From a virus: a stretch of 64,000 nucleotides of DNA. The notes under the pieces are model-generated. The model had not been told where the DNA came from, made no database searches, and saw only the letters and a list, made by a program, of their open reading frames with translations. The DNA lies in the IMG/VR virus record IMGVR_UViG_3300025881_001243, positions 3,257 to 67,256 of that record. The stretch is one strand, 5' to 3'. The translations under genes and the position numbers were made by a program. Of the stretch, positions 39,180 through 47,514 are shown piece after piece; positions within the stretch are counted from its first letter, which is position 1; each line of letters begins with the position of its first letter.

Positions 39180-39362
39180 ATGCTACGATTACTAAACACT
39201 ATCCTTGTTATCTCAACGTTTCTGTTATTTGTCTGGCTAGCCCCATTTATTATTAAGGGGATCTGCTGGTTATTCTTACAATTGCTGTTATATCCATTTA
39301 ATACAATTGGTATAGTTGTAATACTTGCTATATTACTTTGGCCTTCTAAATCGCGATCATAA
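39180..39362 (+). CDS. small membrane protein
   Basis: Highly hydrophobic; TAATG-coupled to the next gene. Confidence 0.55.
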   Translation: MLRLLNTILVISTFLLFVWLAPFIIKGICWLFLQLLLYPFNTIGIVVILAILLWPSKSRS

Positions 39363-39793
39363 TGGCAAACTGTATACAAATTACTGGTGGTAAATCTAGT
39401 GAACATCGACTAGCAGGAGAATGTGTAAAGTGGTGTATTAAGCAATTGCTGCCGAGGTACAGATCCTTGGATATTAGTATTAGATTTTGCGTTATGGAAG
39501 ATCATGGATGTTGCTATAAATTAGACGATGAGGTAGGTCGTAAATTTAAGCTAAGTATCCGTAAAGGTTTAAGCATCTATGAACTGATTAGTACGCTCTG
39601 CCACGAGATGGTACATGTAAAACAATATGCTAAAAAGGAGTTGAGGTGGTGTAACCGGAAGAACAATAATATGTGGAAGAAATCTGTTAAAAATGATATA
39701 GCATACGAGGACCAACCGTGGGAGAAGGAAGCCTATAGATTAGAACCTAAAATGGCTATTGACTTCTTTACTATCTGTACATCCACCTTATAA
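39362..39793 (+). CDS. HExxH zinc metallopeptidase-like phage protein
   Basis: TLCHEMVHVKQY ... PWEKEAY motifs. Confidence 0.8.
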   Translation: MANCIQITGGKSSEHRLAGECVKWCIKQLLPRYRSLDISIRFCVMEDHGCCYKLDDEVGRKFKLSIRKGLSIYELISTLCHEMVHVKQYAKKELRWCNRKNNNMWKKSVKNDIAYEDQPWEKEAYRLEPKMAIDFFTICTSTL

Positions 39794-39797
39794 ACAA

Positions 39798-39875
39798 TTG
39801 TTAATAACTTTTTTCATATTTAGAGAAAATAACTGCCCAAAAATTTTTTATTCCCAACAATATTGATTATATTTA
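39798..39875 (+). promoter_or_regulatory. putative early promoter element, copy 5
   Basis: Full element. Confidence 0.8.
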
Positions 39876-39911
39876 TAATATAATAATTCAAACCATATAA
39901 AACAAACAACT

Positions 39912-40100
39912 ATGGCATATCCTTACAAAAACAAAGAAAACCGGTATCCACAAGGTTACCTTCCGAAGATCCAATATTGGGCCGGAGTATTAGCCGAGGC
40001 AATCGAAGCCGGAGAGGATCATACTACTATTGGTATGGCTAAGTCTAAATTGGATTACTTCTATAATAAGGAAGCTATCCGTAATTCAAAGGAATTCTAA
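39912..40100 (+). CDS. hypothetical putative early protein
   Basis: ORF behind the promoter repeat. Confidence 0.6.
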   Translation: MAYPYKNKENRYPQGYLPKIQYWAGVLAEAIEAGEDHTTIGMAKSKLDYFYNKEAIRNSKEF

Positions 40101-40112
40101 TTGTTTATAAGG

Positions 40113-40178
40113 TGTTAATAACTTTGAGAAAAAAGACACCCAAAAATTTTCAATTCTCAAGAAATTGTGTTATATTTA
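40113..40178 (+). promoter_or_regulatory. putative early promoter element, copy 6
   Basis: TGTTAATAACTT...TTTTCAATTCTCAA...TGTTATATTTA. Confidence 0.8.
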
Positions 40179-40201
40179 TATTATAATTAAAAAACGGAAA
40201 A

Positions 40202-40375
40202 ATGGTAAAAACAACAACAAAGTACAAAGTAGAATTGCAAGGCGATCTACTAATGATCAAAGACCTAAAAGGTAATCTCCTAAGAGGCATGGCGGTGCAA
40301 GGATTCAACGCTGTAGATAAGTTCAACGAAATGGTTGAAAAAGTAAAGAATCACGAATCTAAAATGTCTAAGTAA
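40202..40375 (+). CDS. hypothetical putative early protein (57 aa, not in the ORF track)
   Basis: MVKTTTKYKVELQGDLLMIKDLKG...; AAAAACGGAAA before the ATG. Confidence 0.65.
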   Translation: MVKTTTKYKVELQGDLLMIKDLKGNLLRGMAVQGFNAVDKFNEMVEKVKNHESKMSK

Positions 40376-40376
40376 T

Positions 40377-41240
40377 ATGGGAGTATCTAAACTAAATAAC
40401 AGGCTGACTCAAATCTCAAATGTCAAATATGCTAAAGGTCTATTTGATGCTCACAAGACCAATACTCCACTCGACGGTTTATTCTCAATCGATGGTGGTG
40501 TACCAAAGGCTACTAACTGGATGGTAGTAGGGGATCCTGGAGTTGGTAAATCTACAGTAACACTGGATATTATCGCTAATGCAAAAAAGAGCGGTAGTAA
40601 GGTACTATTCATCTCGGCTGAAATGAACCAAGTAGATCTATACCTCTACGTTCAACGATATCCGAAGTTTGGAGAATTGGATATATTCTTTCCACAAGAT
40701 ATTGCTGAAGATGAAGATCCAAGGAAAGTATTAAACAGTATCTTAGATACAGGATATGATCTTGTACTGATTGACTCCTTTGTGGAACTACAAGAAACTA
40801 TCCGTGAACATGCTAAGATGACAAGGAATAGTTCAGAGAAGTGGTTATTGGATATGATGTACAAACAAAATCTTGGTCAGAATAAAGGCAAGAAGTATAC
40901 ATCATTCCTTAATATACAACAGGTAAATAAAGGTGGTACATTCGTTGGTTCTAATAAACTAAAGCATATGACTACTGGGATGATGGAAATCCGATTTGTG
41001 GATGAAAGGTCTCAAGATGAACGTTATGTTGTATTTAGTAAAAACCGTCGAGGTCATGTAGGAAAACAAATGTTCTTTGATCTATCTGCCTCAGGTGATG
41101 TTACATATGATACTGAAAGGTTCAAAAAATCTGAAAGCCTTAAGCAACTGAAAAAGAAAGAAAAGGAAATGGTCAAAAAGGATGGCCTTGAATTTGATAA
41201 GCTATTCGGTTTAAAGGATGAGGTAACTGAGAATAAATAA
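40377..41240 (+). CDS. RadA/Sms-like RecA-superfamily ATPase
   Basis: GDPGVGKST, VLFISAEM, VLIDS, QVNKGG.FVGSNKLKHM, KNRRG motifs. Confidence 0.8.
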   Translation: MGVSKLNNRLTQISNVKYAKGLFDAHKTNTPLDGLFSIDGGVPKATNWMVVGDPGVGKSTVTLDIIANAKKSGSKVLFISAEMNQVDLYLYVQRYPKFGELDIFFPQDIAEDEDPRKVLNSILDTGYDLVLIDSFVELQETIREHAKMTRNSSEKWLLDMMYKQNLGQNKGKKYTSFLNIQQVNKGGTFVGSNKLKHMTTGMMEIRFVDERSQDERYVVFSKNRRGHVGKQMFFDLSASGDVTYDTERFKKSESLKQLKKKEKEMVKKDGLEFDKLFGLKDEVTENK

Positions 41241-41250
41241 AGAAAGGGAA

Positions 41251-41318
41251 TTGTTAATAACTTCTATGAAAAAAGTCCTAGAAATATTTTCAATTCCCAA
41301 CAATTTGTGTTATATTTA
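41251..41318 (+). promoter_or_regulatory. putative early promoter element, copy 7
   Basis: Full element. Confidence 0.8.
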
Positions 41319-41351
41319 TAATATAATAAAAACGGTTAAAATATACAAATT

Positions 41352-42509
41352 ATGAGAAGTATTACAACACTAAGTCAAAATGCCTTCGACGTTAAAAAGG
41401 CTGAAGCAATCAATAACCAATTGATGCGGAAAGAAATTACTCTATCAGAATTCAATGTAATTGACAACAACCATATCGATGTGGACGGTGTTAAGATTGA
41501 GGTAACTGATAAAGCATTCGGTAAATTGCTTGGCCGCCTCCGTATTCCTAAGGCGTTTGCTACAAGATTTAGTGAAGGATTCGGTAATGATGGTTTACGC
41601 CAATTGATTACTATGATGAAATCTATGAAATCATCTAAGAACGATCAAACGGTAACTCTATTGGTCGATCCATCTAACCGAAAGATTACTGATATTCTAC
41701 CTGCAGGATATGCTTCTATTTCAAATGAATCATTCATTGATTTTGCTGAAAGGTATATCAATCAATATAACTTGGATGTAACGCATATGGGATCAAGCCA
41801 ATATGGTGGAACTCAAATTAACTGTGTATCACCACAAGGTATGTTTAATGTACCAGGAATGACAAACGAGGTATTTAATACTGGAGTAACATTCAGAAAT
41901 ACACCAACTCGTGGATTGGAAGTATCACCTTACCTAGAACGTCTAATCTGTGCAAACGGAATGACCTCAACTGCATTCGCTGAAAACTATGGTCTTCATA
42001 ACCTCAACGATAAAAACATCAATGAGTTTAATGAACATATGATCCGAATGGCATCTACTAACTTCCAACCAGTAGGATTGGCCGATAATATCAAAAAGGC
42101 TAATAATACCGATGCAAGTTTAGCAGAAATCCAACGCGCTGCCTCAAGTATACTATCACTGGATAAAAACATCGATTATAACTATATCCAAAAGTATATC
42201 CCTGTAGATCGTGCAATGAAAGCATATGCTGATTTAGGAGCTGATCCAAATACCTTTACAAAGGCTCAAATGAAAAATGCTAAATCTGGTATGTCTGTTT
42301 GGGATGTAGTAAATGGAATGACCAATTTTGCCTCTAACGATACTAAGTATAATGTTAATGAAGGTAAAATGGGGAATCTAATGGTAACTGCCGGTAATAT
42401 TCTTTGTAAGAAGCAATATGATACTGAAGGTTACTTGGATATCAATCCATTCGCTAATAAACAATTGCTAACTACCTCTGAAGCCGCAATGGTTCGAGGA
42501 GAAGCATAA
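41352..42509 (+). CDS. DUF932-like protein
   Basis: G..FRN......V.PY.ERLICANGM motif. Confidence 0.6.
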   Translation: MRSITTLSQNAFDVKKAEAINNQLMRKEITLSEFNVIDNNHIDVDGVKIEVTDKAFGKLLGRLRIPKAFATRFSEGFGNDGLRQLITMMKSMKSSKNDQTVTLLVDPSNRKITDILPAGYASISNESFIDFAERYINQYNLDVTHMGSSQYGGTQINCVSPQGMFNVPGMTNEVFNTGVTFRNTPTRGLEVSPYLERLICANGMTSTAFAENYGLHNLNDKNINEFNEHMIRMASTNFQPVGLADNIKKANNTDASLAEIQRAASSILSLDKNIDYNYIQKYIPVDRAMKAYADLGADPNTFTKAQMKNAKSGMSVWDVVNGMTNFASNDTKYNVNEGKMGNLMVTAGNILCKKQYDTEGYLDINPFANKQLLTTSEAAMVRGEA

Positions 42510-42530
42510 ACCTATCAATTGATTATGAAA

Positions 42531-42616
42531 TAAACCACCGGGTTTTAAATTTCCGTTTTTCTCCCTAGGTTATAGGGCAGCCATAAATCTGTATTCAGAC
42601 TAGGCTGCCCTTTTTT
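42531..42616 (+). ncRNA. candidate antisense sRNA (stem-loop exposing AAUUUCCGUUUUU, plus terminator)
   Basis: 42548-42560 is the exact reverse complement of AAAAACGGAAATT found before the ATGs at 27554 and 27876. Confidence 0.55.
42574..42616 (+). terminator. Rho-independent terminator
   Basis: agggcagcc ... ggctgccct followed by a T run. Confidence 0.85.
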
Positions 42617-42635
42617 GTGCTTAAAAACTCACACA

Positions 42636-43345
42636 TTCTAGAGTGCTCTAGAAGCAGCCAGGACAATATGCCTATTTTTGTGTGATTTTGTCTTGGTTAT
42701 TGTGCATATTGTCCTGGCCTGCTAGCAATAGCCTCTAGAACGGCCCTCTAGAGCCCATATATACGTCATATTGTCACTAATTTCCCACAAATAGCACTCT
42801 AGAGCGGCATCTAGACACCCAATATAGCCCATATTGCGATATATCGGCCCTAGTAGCTATAGTCCTCCACAGCGCAGCTATTTCACAGCATTGTCAACAA
42901 CCACCCCTAGCTCCTAAAACAACTAAAAGGGCATAATCCCTAATAACTACTATAGCAATATAAATAATTACCAGTAACCTGCTAGAGCCTGCTAGAAAGG
43001 GATAATGTCTACTAGCTTAAAGTTATCTGTCTATAAGAGAATACCCTATATGGTAGTAACTAGTAGTAACCACCTAATGGTCTATAGAGTAAAGGTATCC
43101 AGCTGTCTGGTAGTACTGTAGGGCTAGTAGCTATTAGAAGGGTAAGGTAAGGTCCAGAGAATAATACCCTTGATATGTATTTTTCACTTGGGTGAATTTA
43201 GGTCAAACCGGCGCATGCGTTTGGGCCCACGCAAAAATTCTAGCCAGAAAATTTGCTAGTATCCAGAATGTGAGTCTAAGAAAGATGTCTAATTCTCGTA
43301 AGTCTAGTCCAGAAATTTTTTCATCCTGTAAAAAAAGAGCTAGTA
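42636..43345. repeat. CTAG-dense non-coding block with inverted repeats
   Basis: Paired TCTAGA at 42637/42648, 42734/42747 and 42798/42810; cctgctaga x2 at 42978/42988; perfect 15-bp IR 42657-42671/42704-42718. Confidence 0.75.
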
Positions 43346-43406
43346 AAAACTTTCAGATAAGGTATCCACCTGTTATAATTTTATTATAATAACAAAATAA
43401 CTACAA

Positions 43407-43574
43407 ATGGACAAATTCCTAAATGACATTTCAACAAACCAAGCAGATGCTCTAGCATCCATTGCGGAGTCCTTATCCGCAATCAGTACTACTGCTAACC
43501 TCATCATGGTACTCCTGGCTTGTCTAGTAATCTCTAAAGGACTAAAAGAAATTCATAAATTCATTAACTTGTAA
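43407..43574 (+). CDS. small membrane protein (55 aa)
   Basis: Follows CTTTCA-N15-TGTTATAATT; not in the ORF track. Confidence 0.5.
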   Translation: MDKFLNDISTNQADALASIAESLSAISTTANLIMVLLACLVISKGLKEIHKFINL

Positions 43575-43578
43575 TACC

Positions 43579-43977
43579 ATGAAACTTCTCTACTGTAATA
43601 CCTGCCGAGATATTTTCTCTCTATCGTATACTACCAAGACCTGCCACTGTGGCGAGTCTGGTGGCCATTACGAGTCTGATGGTCTAAACGCGACATACTA
43701 TGGTAACGCTACGCCACTCGGATTTACTAATAATACCTTTAAGCATGCAAGGGAACGACAACCAGAGTTCGGCGCTGGTTTTGAATTTACCGCGTTTGTT
43801 ATTCCAAAGGTTTGTCCTTCTATGGACCATATAGATTATTCAGAGTATATTCCTGTTACTAGTGATCCAGACTATTTTGATGAATTAGTAGATAGGTTAG
43901 AGGAAGAAGTGGTTAGAGAAAAAAATTCAAAGAAATTAGGAAATGCCTTTAAACAATCTGGGGATGGTGCTATATAA
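43579..43977 (+). CDS. Cys-rich (zinc-binding) hypothetical phage protein
   Basis: CNTC ... CHCG motifs. Confidence 0.65.
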   Translation: MKLLYCNTCRDIFSLSYTTKTCHCGESGGHYESDGLNATYYGNATPLGFTNNTFKHARERQPEFGAGFEFTAFVIPKVCPSMDHIDYSEYIPVTSDPDYFDELVDRLEEEVVREKNSKKLGNAFKQSGDGAI

Positions 43978-44000
43978 TAATAATAAATGGAATGGAGAAT

Positions 44001-44159
44001 ATGAAGACTAAAAAAATTAAATCAATTACTGAAACTTGCATATACTGCATAGGATATAGTACTATGGGATTTTTACTACTTACTTTAGGGTTCGCGCTAA
44101 CCGTGGCTTTTTGCCATCTCTTCGGCTTGGACACCTCCTGGGCTAACTCAATACTCTAA
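44001..44159 (+). CDS. small membrane protein (52 aa)
   Basis: Hydrophobic ORF behind TATATAATAATA. Confidence 0.45.
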   Translation: MKTKKIKSITETCIYCIGYSTMGFLLLTLGFALTVAFCHLFGLDTSWANSIL

Positions 44160-44167
44160 GTGGAACT

Positions 44168-44219
44168 ATGTGCGACCGTATGCAGAATGTGCGACCGCCA
44201 TTAGAAAATGTGCCGAACC
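44168..44219 (+). repeat. three short direct repeats ATGTGC(G/CG)ACC
   Basis: atgtgcgaccg at 44168 and 44187; atgtgccgaacc at 44208. Confidence 0.7.
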
Positions 44220-44275
44220 TCTAAGAACTCAGAAAATAACTCTACATTTTTATATAAACTTTTAATTACAAAACC

Positions 44276-44500
44276 ATGTCAAGAAACATTAAAGACTGGA
44301 TGATCAAAGAACCTGTAAAGGGTAACCAATACGAACTGTGGCGCCTCCTCCCTGGCTCCGTGTTTACTATCTCTACACCAAGGGGAACTGATACCTTCCT
44401 GGTGAATAAACAGAACGGTAGCTTAACTCATTGTCAAATATTTGATGAAGGTGAGTTTACTGCATTAGATTCTTCTATTACAGTAACTGCTATGGGTTAA
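44276..44500 (+). CDS. hypothetical protein
   Basis: ORF. Confidence 0.55.
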   Translation: MSRNIKDWMIKEPVKGNQYELWRLLPGSVFTISTPRGTDTFLVNKQNGSLTHCQIFDEGEFTALDSSITVTAMG

Positions 44501-44508
44501 CTAAGAAT

Positions 44509-44585
44509 CGGCCGGTATCTCCTCAAGCTTATACCTTGTAGAAAGAGTAATTGGTTACATGAGAGTTCAAGTCTCTCTCGGCCGA
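44509..44585 (+). ncRNA. tRNA-like RNA with non-canonical arm order
   Basis: 7-bp acceptor cggccgg/tcggccg, T arm gagag-ttcaagt-ctctc, caag-cttatac-cttg hairpin, then gtaa-ttgg-ttac hairpin. Confidence 0.7.
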
Positions 44586-44631
44586 CCGTAAACAAAATAC
44601 ATATTTGCAATATAATAATAAACATAGTAAC

Positions 44632-44937
44632 ATGCTTAAAAAGAAATACAACAGAAGTAAATCTGATTTGCTTAAATCTCTTAAGAGTATCAACAGACCA
44701 ACTGTGGTACTTAGTATTGAAGTAATAGAAACGTCTAAGATTAAAGACTACCTTATCTATGAGTGTGTGTACTTAGACAATAATGTAGAAAAACGCATTA
44801 ATATCATAGCAAGTGATATTACTGAAGCTATGCAAAAACTTGAACCTTATGTTGGTTCAGGAATCCCAGATACTACCACCAACCTAATTCTAGGTAGCGA
44901 GAGATATGCTGATGTTCCTCTTGATCCACCAATATAA
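44632..44937 (+). CDS. hypothetical protein
   Basis: Likely ATG start at 44632. Confidence 0.55.
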   Translation: MLKKKYNRSKSDLLKSLKSINRPTVVLSIEVIETSKIKDYLIYECVYLDNNVEKRINIIASDITEAMQKLEPYVGSGIPDTTTNLILGSERYADVPLDPPI

Positions 44938-44958
44938 ATATAGAAACAAAAACTTATT

Positions 44959-45240
44959 ATGACTAAAGAAGATTTTAATGGACCTAAAGTTCTTGTAGAC
45001 TTTTGGGCTGAATGGTGTGGACCGTGTAAAGTAATGAAACCTACATTAGAAAAATTTGCTACTGATAACCCTAATGTGGAAGTTATCTTTTGTAATGTAG
45101 ATAAAGAATCAGACCTTGCTAAAGAATATGGTATTAGAAGTATTCCTACTCTATTGTATTTTGAAAAAGGGGAAATTAAAGGAAAAAAGATTGGTAACGT
45201 TTCTACTGGTCAAATCAAGGAATTAATAAATGGTATCTAA
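44959..45240 (+). CDS. trxA: thioredoxin
   Basis: VDFWAEWCGPCK, IRSIPTL motifs. Confidence 0.92.
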   Translation: MTKEDFNGPKVLVDFWAEWCGPCKVMKPTLEKFATDNPNVEVIFCNVDKESDLAKEYGIRSIPTLLYFEKGEIKGKKIGNVSTGQIKELINGI

Positions 45241-45412
45241 TTATTTTATTGCATATATTACTATGGGCGTGGTGTGTGGGTTTTGTTTTGATACTCTTTA
45301 CCAAAGACTAGGTATGGAGCAGGCATCTAACTTTGAAAGAATATTCTGGTTTATTGCATGGCCTTTCTTTGTACTTATCTTTTTATATGGTATATTTAAA
45401 GATGATGAATAA
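45230..45412 (+). CDS. small membrane protein
   Basis: Two hydrophobic segments. Confidence 0.55.
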   Translation: MVSNYFIAYITMGVVCGFCFDTLYQRLGMEQASNFERIFWFIAWPFFVLIFLYGIFKDDE

Positions 45413-45479
45413 TTTTTAATAAACACTTTCAGAACACATAACAACCTGTTATAATTATACTATAAACAATATAACAAAT

Positions 45480-45707
45480 ATGAATAAATTTACCGCACCC
45501 TTCGCATTCGCCTTTTTACTTATACTAGGTTTTGTGATTATGGCATTGTTACTTGCATGGCCTACTCAATGGCTTTGGAATGAATGCCTCGTATCGGCTA
45601 TTGATGCTGTTAATCCTATTGGATTCTGGCAAGCCTTTGGATTAAATGTACTATTTTCAATTATCTTTAATAAGAACACAGTAAACCCTAAGAAATCAAA
45701 GAAGTAA
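45480..45707 (+). CDS. small membrane protein
   Basis: WLWN...IGFWQAFGL; has its own promoter-like motif. Confidence 0.6.
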   Translation: MNKFTAPFAFAFLLILGFVIMALLLAWPTQWLWNECLVSAIDAVNPIGFWQAFGLNVLFSIIFNKNTVNPKKSKK

Positions 45708-45715
45708 AATCGAAT

Positions 45716-45801
45716 GCCGCTGTGGTGAAATTGGTAGACACGAGGGACTTAAAATCCCTTTCGCCGAACGGTGAGTGACGGTTCGAATCCGTCCAGCGGT
45801 A
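45716..45801 (+). tRNA. tRNA-Leu(UAA)
   Basis: gccgctg/cagcggt acceptor, aggga-ctTAAaa-tccct anticodon arm, long variable arm, GGTTCGAATCC; no encoded CCA. Confidence 0.95.
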
Positions 45802-45823
45802 CTAACCTTAATAATTAAAAAAA

Positions 45824-46093
45824 ATGACAGAACCAAAATTTAAAGTAGGAGACAAAGTCTCATGGATTAAACCTATGGCATGTGTACCTCACCCAGAGGG
45901 AAAGACTGACCGTAATGGTGTAGTACTTCCAGTGTTTAGGGACAAATTAGAAAAAGGCCGAGTTATGAGTTATAACTATCACGGATATTCAATAAGACCT
46001 GACTGGGCAGAGGAATACAAAAATTCACTATGTGGCGAAAGGTACTATGATGTTACTATTTATACAAATGACAAATCTCTTAAATCAATTTAA
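45824..46093 (+). CDS. hypothetical protein
   Basis: KFKVGDKV start (SH3-like phage proteins). Confidence 0.6.
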   Translation: MTEPKFKVGDKVSWIKPMACVPHPEGKTDRNGVVLPVFRDKLEKGRVMSYNYHGYSIRPDWAEEYKNSLCGERYYDVTIYTNDKSLKSI

Positions 46094-46095
46094 TT

Positions 46096-46323
46096 ATGGA
46101 AAATACAATTGATGTAAAAAGTAAAGATGAAGTATGGTGGGCAACTACTAACGAATATGATCTTGAAGTAAACGGAGAAAACTTATCAATGAGAATTGCT
46201 GAAACTCCAAAGAGTACAGAATTCTTTGTATGGAATGAATCTACTGGCTGGGAAGAAGCTGATACTGATACAGGTATTATGGAAATAGTTTATGAAGCAT
46301 GGAGTAACGGAGAATTAGAATAA
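46096..46323 (+). CDS. acidic hypothetical protein
   Basis: ORF. Confidence 0.6.
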   Translation: MENTIDVKSKDEVWWATTNEYDLEVNGENLSMRIAETPKSTEFFVWNESTGWEEADTDTGIMEIVYEAWSNGELE

Positions 46324-46328
46324 AACAT

Positions 46329-46431
46329 TTAGGAGGGGTGAGTACGCTGTTAGGCTCGACACCATTGAAAAAAGGTTTATAGTAAAGTCGGCAAACCAGA
46401 AACCTTGAAACACCCATAAACCTCCTCCTAA
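46329..46431 (+). ncRNA. candidate ~100 nt structured RNA upstream of tRNA-Arg
   Basis: Closing stem ttaggagg/cctcctaa; internal gggtg/caccc, cgac/gtcg and aaggttt/aaacctt pairings. Confidence 0.45.
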
Positions 46432-46437
46432 TTTTAT

Positions 46438-46511
46438 GGACTCGTAGCTCAGCTGGATAGAGCATCGCCCTTCTAAGGCGACGGTCATAGGTTCGAATCC
46501 TATCGGGTTCA
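46438..46511 (+). tRNA. tRNA-Arg(UCU)
   Basis: ggactcg/cgggttc acceptor, TAGCTCAGCTGGATAGAGC, tcgcc-ctTCTaa-ggcga, GGTTCGAATCC. Confidence 0.95.
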
Positions 46512-46529
46512 CAAATGAAATAAAATAAT

Positions 46530-47018
46530 ATGGTAGAATATAAAAATAGACACGGAGACGTTTACACGTTCACAAAACAAGAAGATGGGTCGGTCCTATG
46601 GGAAGGTTCATTTGAGCACTGTAGAATTGGAAGTTCTAATGATTATAAGTTAGCTTATCAAAATTACTGTAAGGATAGTTCTGGGATAGGAATTCATCCT
46701 ATGCACATTGAAGATTTTAAAGAAGCAATTCATGAATCAATCTATGATGAAAATGATCGATATGTAGGACCTAGTACTATAGGAAAGCAATACCAAAATC
46801 TAGTAAAGTCAAATCCATGGATCAGTATGGTAGATCCGAGCGGAGGACCGTATATTAATGAGCATTCTAATCTAGATATTTTTGGTAAAGAATTCAAAGG
46901 CCTTTGTGTTCAATATTTTTCACCAGTTAAAACAGGTTATGTAATTAATACTTATGGTAAATTTGATCACCTAGCAGATACTAAAATCATAGGAGGTATA
47001 ATTAATACTTCTGAATGA
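46530..47018 (+). CDS. hypothetical phage protein
   Basis: NRHGD..TF, MVDPSGGPYI motifs. Confidence 0.65.
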   Translation: MVEYKNRHGDVYTFTKQEDGSVLWEGSFEHCRIGSSNDYKLAYQNYCKDSSGIGIHPMHIEDFKEAIHESIYDENDRYVGPSTIGKQYQNLVKSNPWISMVDPSGGPYINEHSNLDIFGKEFKGLCVQYFSPVKTGYVINTYGKFDHLADTKIIGGIINTSE

Positions 47019-47085
47019 TGAAACTTTTTTTAAACTAAGTATATAATAATAAATCCAAACGGATTAATAAGTTCTATGAAATTAT

Positions 47086-47514
47086 GGGAAGGCACAGAAC
47101 GGAAAACTTTAGGTAGCTCCTAAATGATTATTCCAATTATGTGTAGATGCGTTGCTGAAAAATTCCTGAGCAAAAGGGAATAAGGCACTTGGCTAGGGCG
47201 ATGGTTCGCTGATATCTCAAATGAGAAATTCAGAACTGGTTAATCACCAGAGCTAAAGGTTTAACGCATTAAAAATCTAACAGAGATTTTGCAAAGACTT
47301 CCAGGTAAGCAAACCGCCGAATCCTGGTTAATGACTGAACAACGCAAAGAGTATGTGGCGTAAGGTACACTTGAAGATTATGATAATCAATTACGATGAT
47401 TAAACCTCGGCCGGTTTAATTAAGTAATAGGACGGCAGTCCAAAGAGTGGTAGTCTAATATAAAGCAGCTTTCGTTAATAAAGGTATTCTCAAATCCTTT
47501 CGCATCGTCTTCCT
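47086..47514 (+). ncRNA. large structured ncRNA, possibly GOLLD/ROOL-related
   Basis: ORF-free; ends pair (ggaaggc/gtcttcc; gatgcg 47146/cgcatc 47501); many hairpins; promoter-like motif 47021-47047; T run at the 3' end. Confidence 0.65.

Noticed and set aside
43192-43389. 65 aa GTG-start ORF
   Set aside because: Lies in the CTAG-repeat block, has no leader signal and overlaps the promoter of the next gene
46277-46512. Minus-strand ORFs 46277-46465 and 46315-46512
   Set aside because: Antisense read-through of tRNA-Arg and the adjacent structured element
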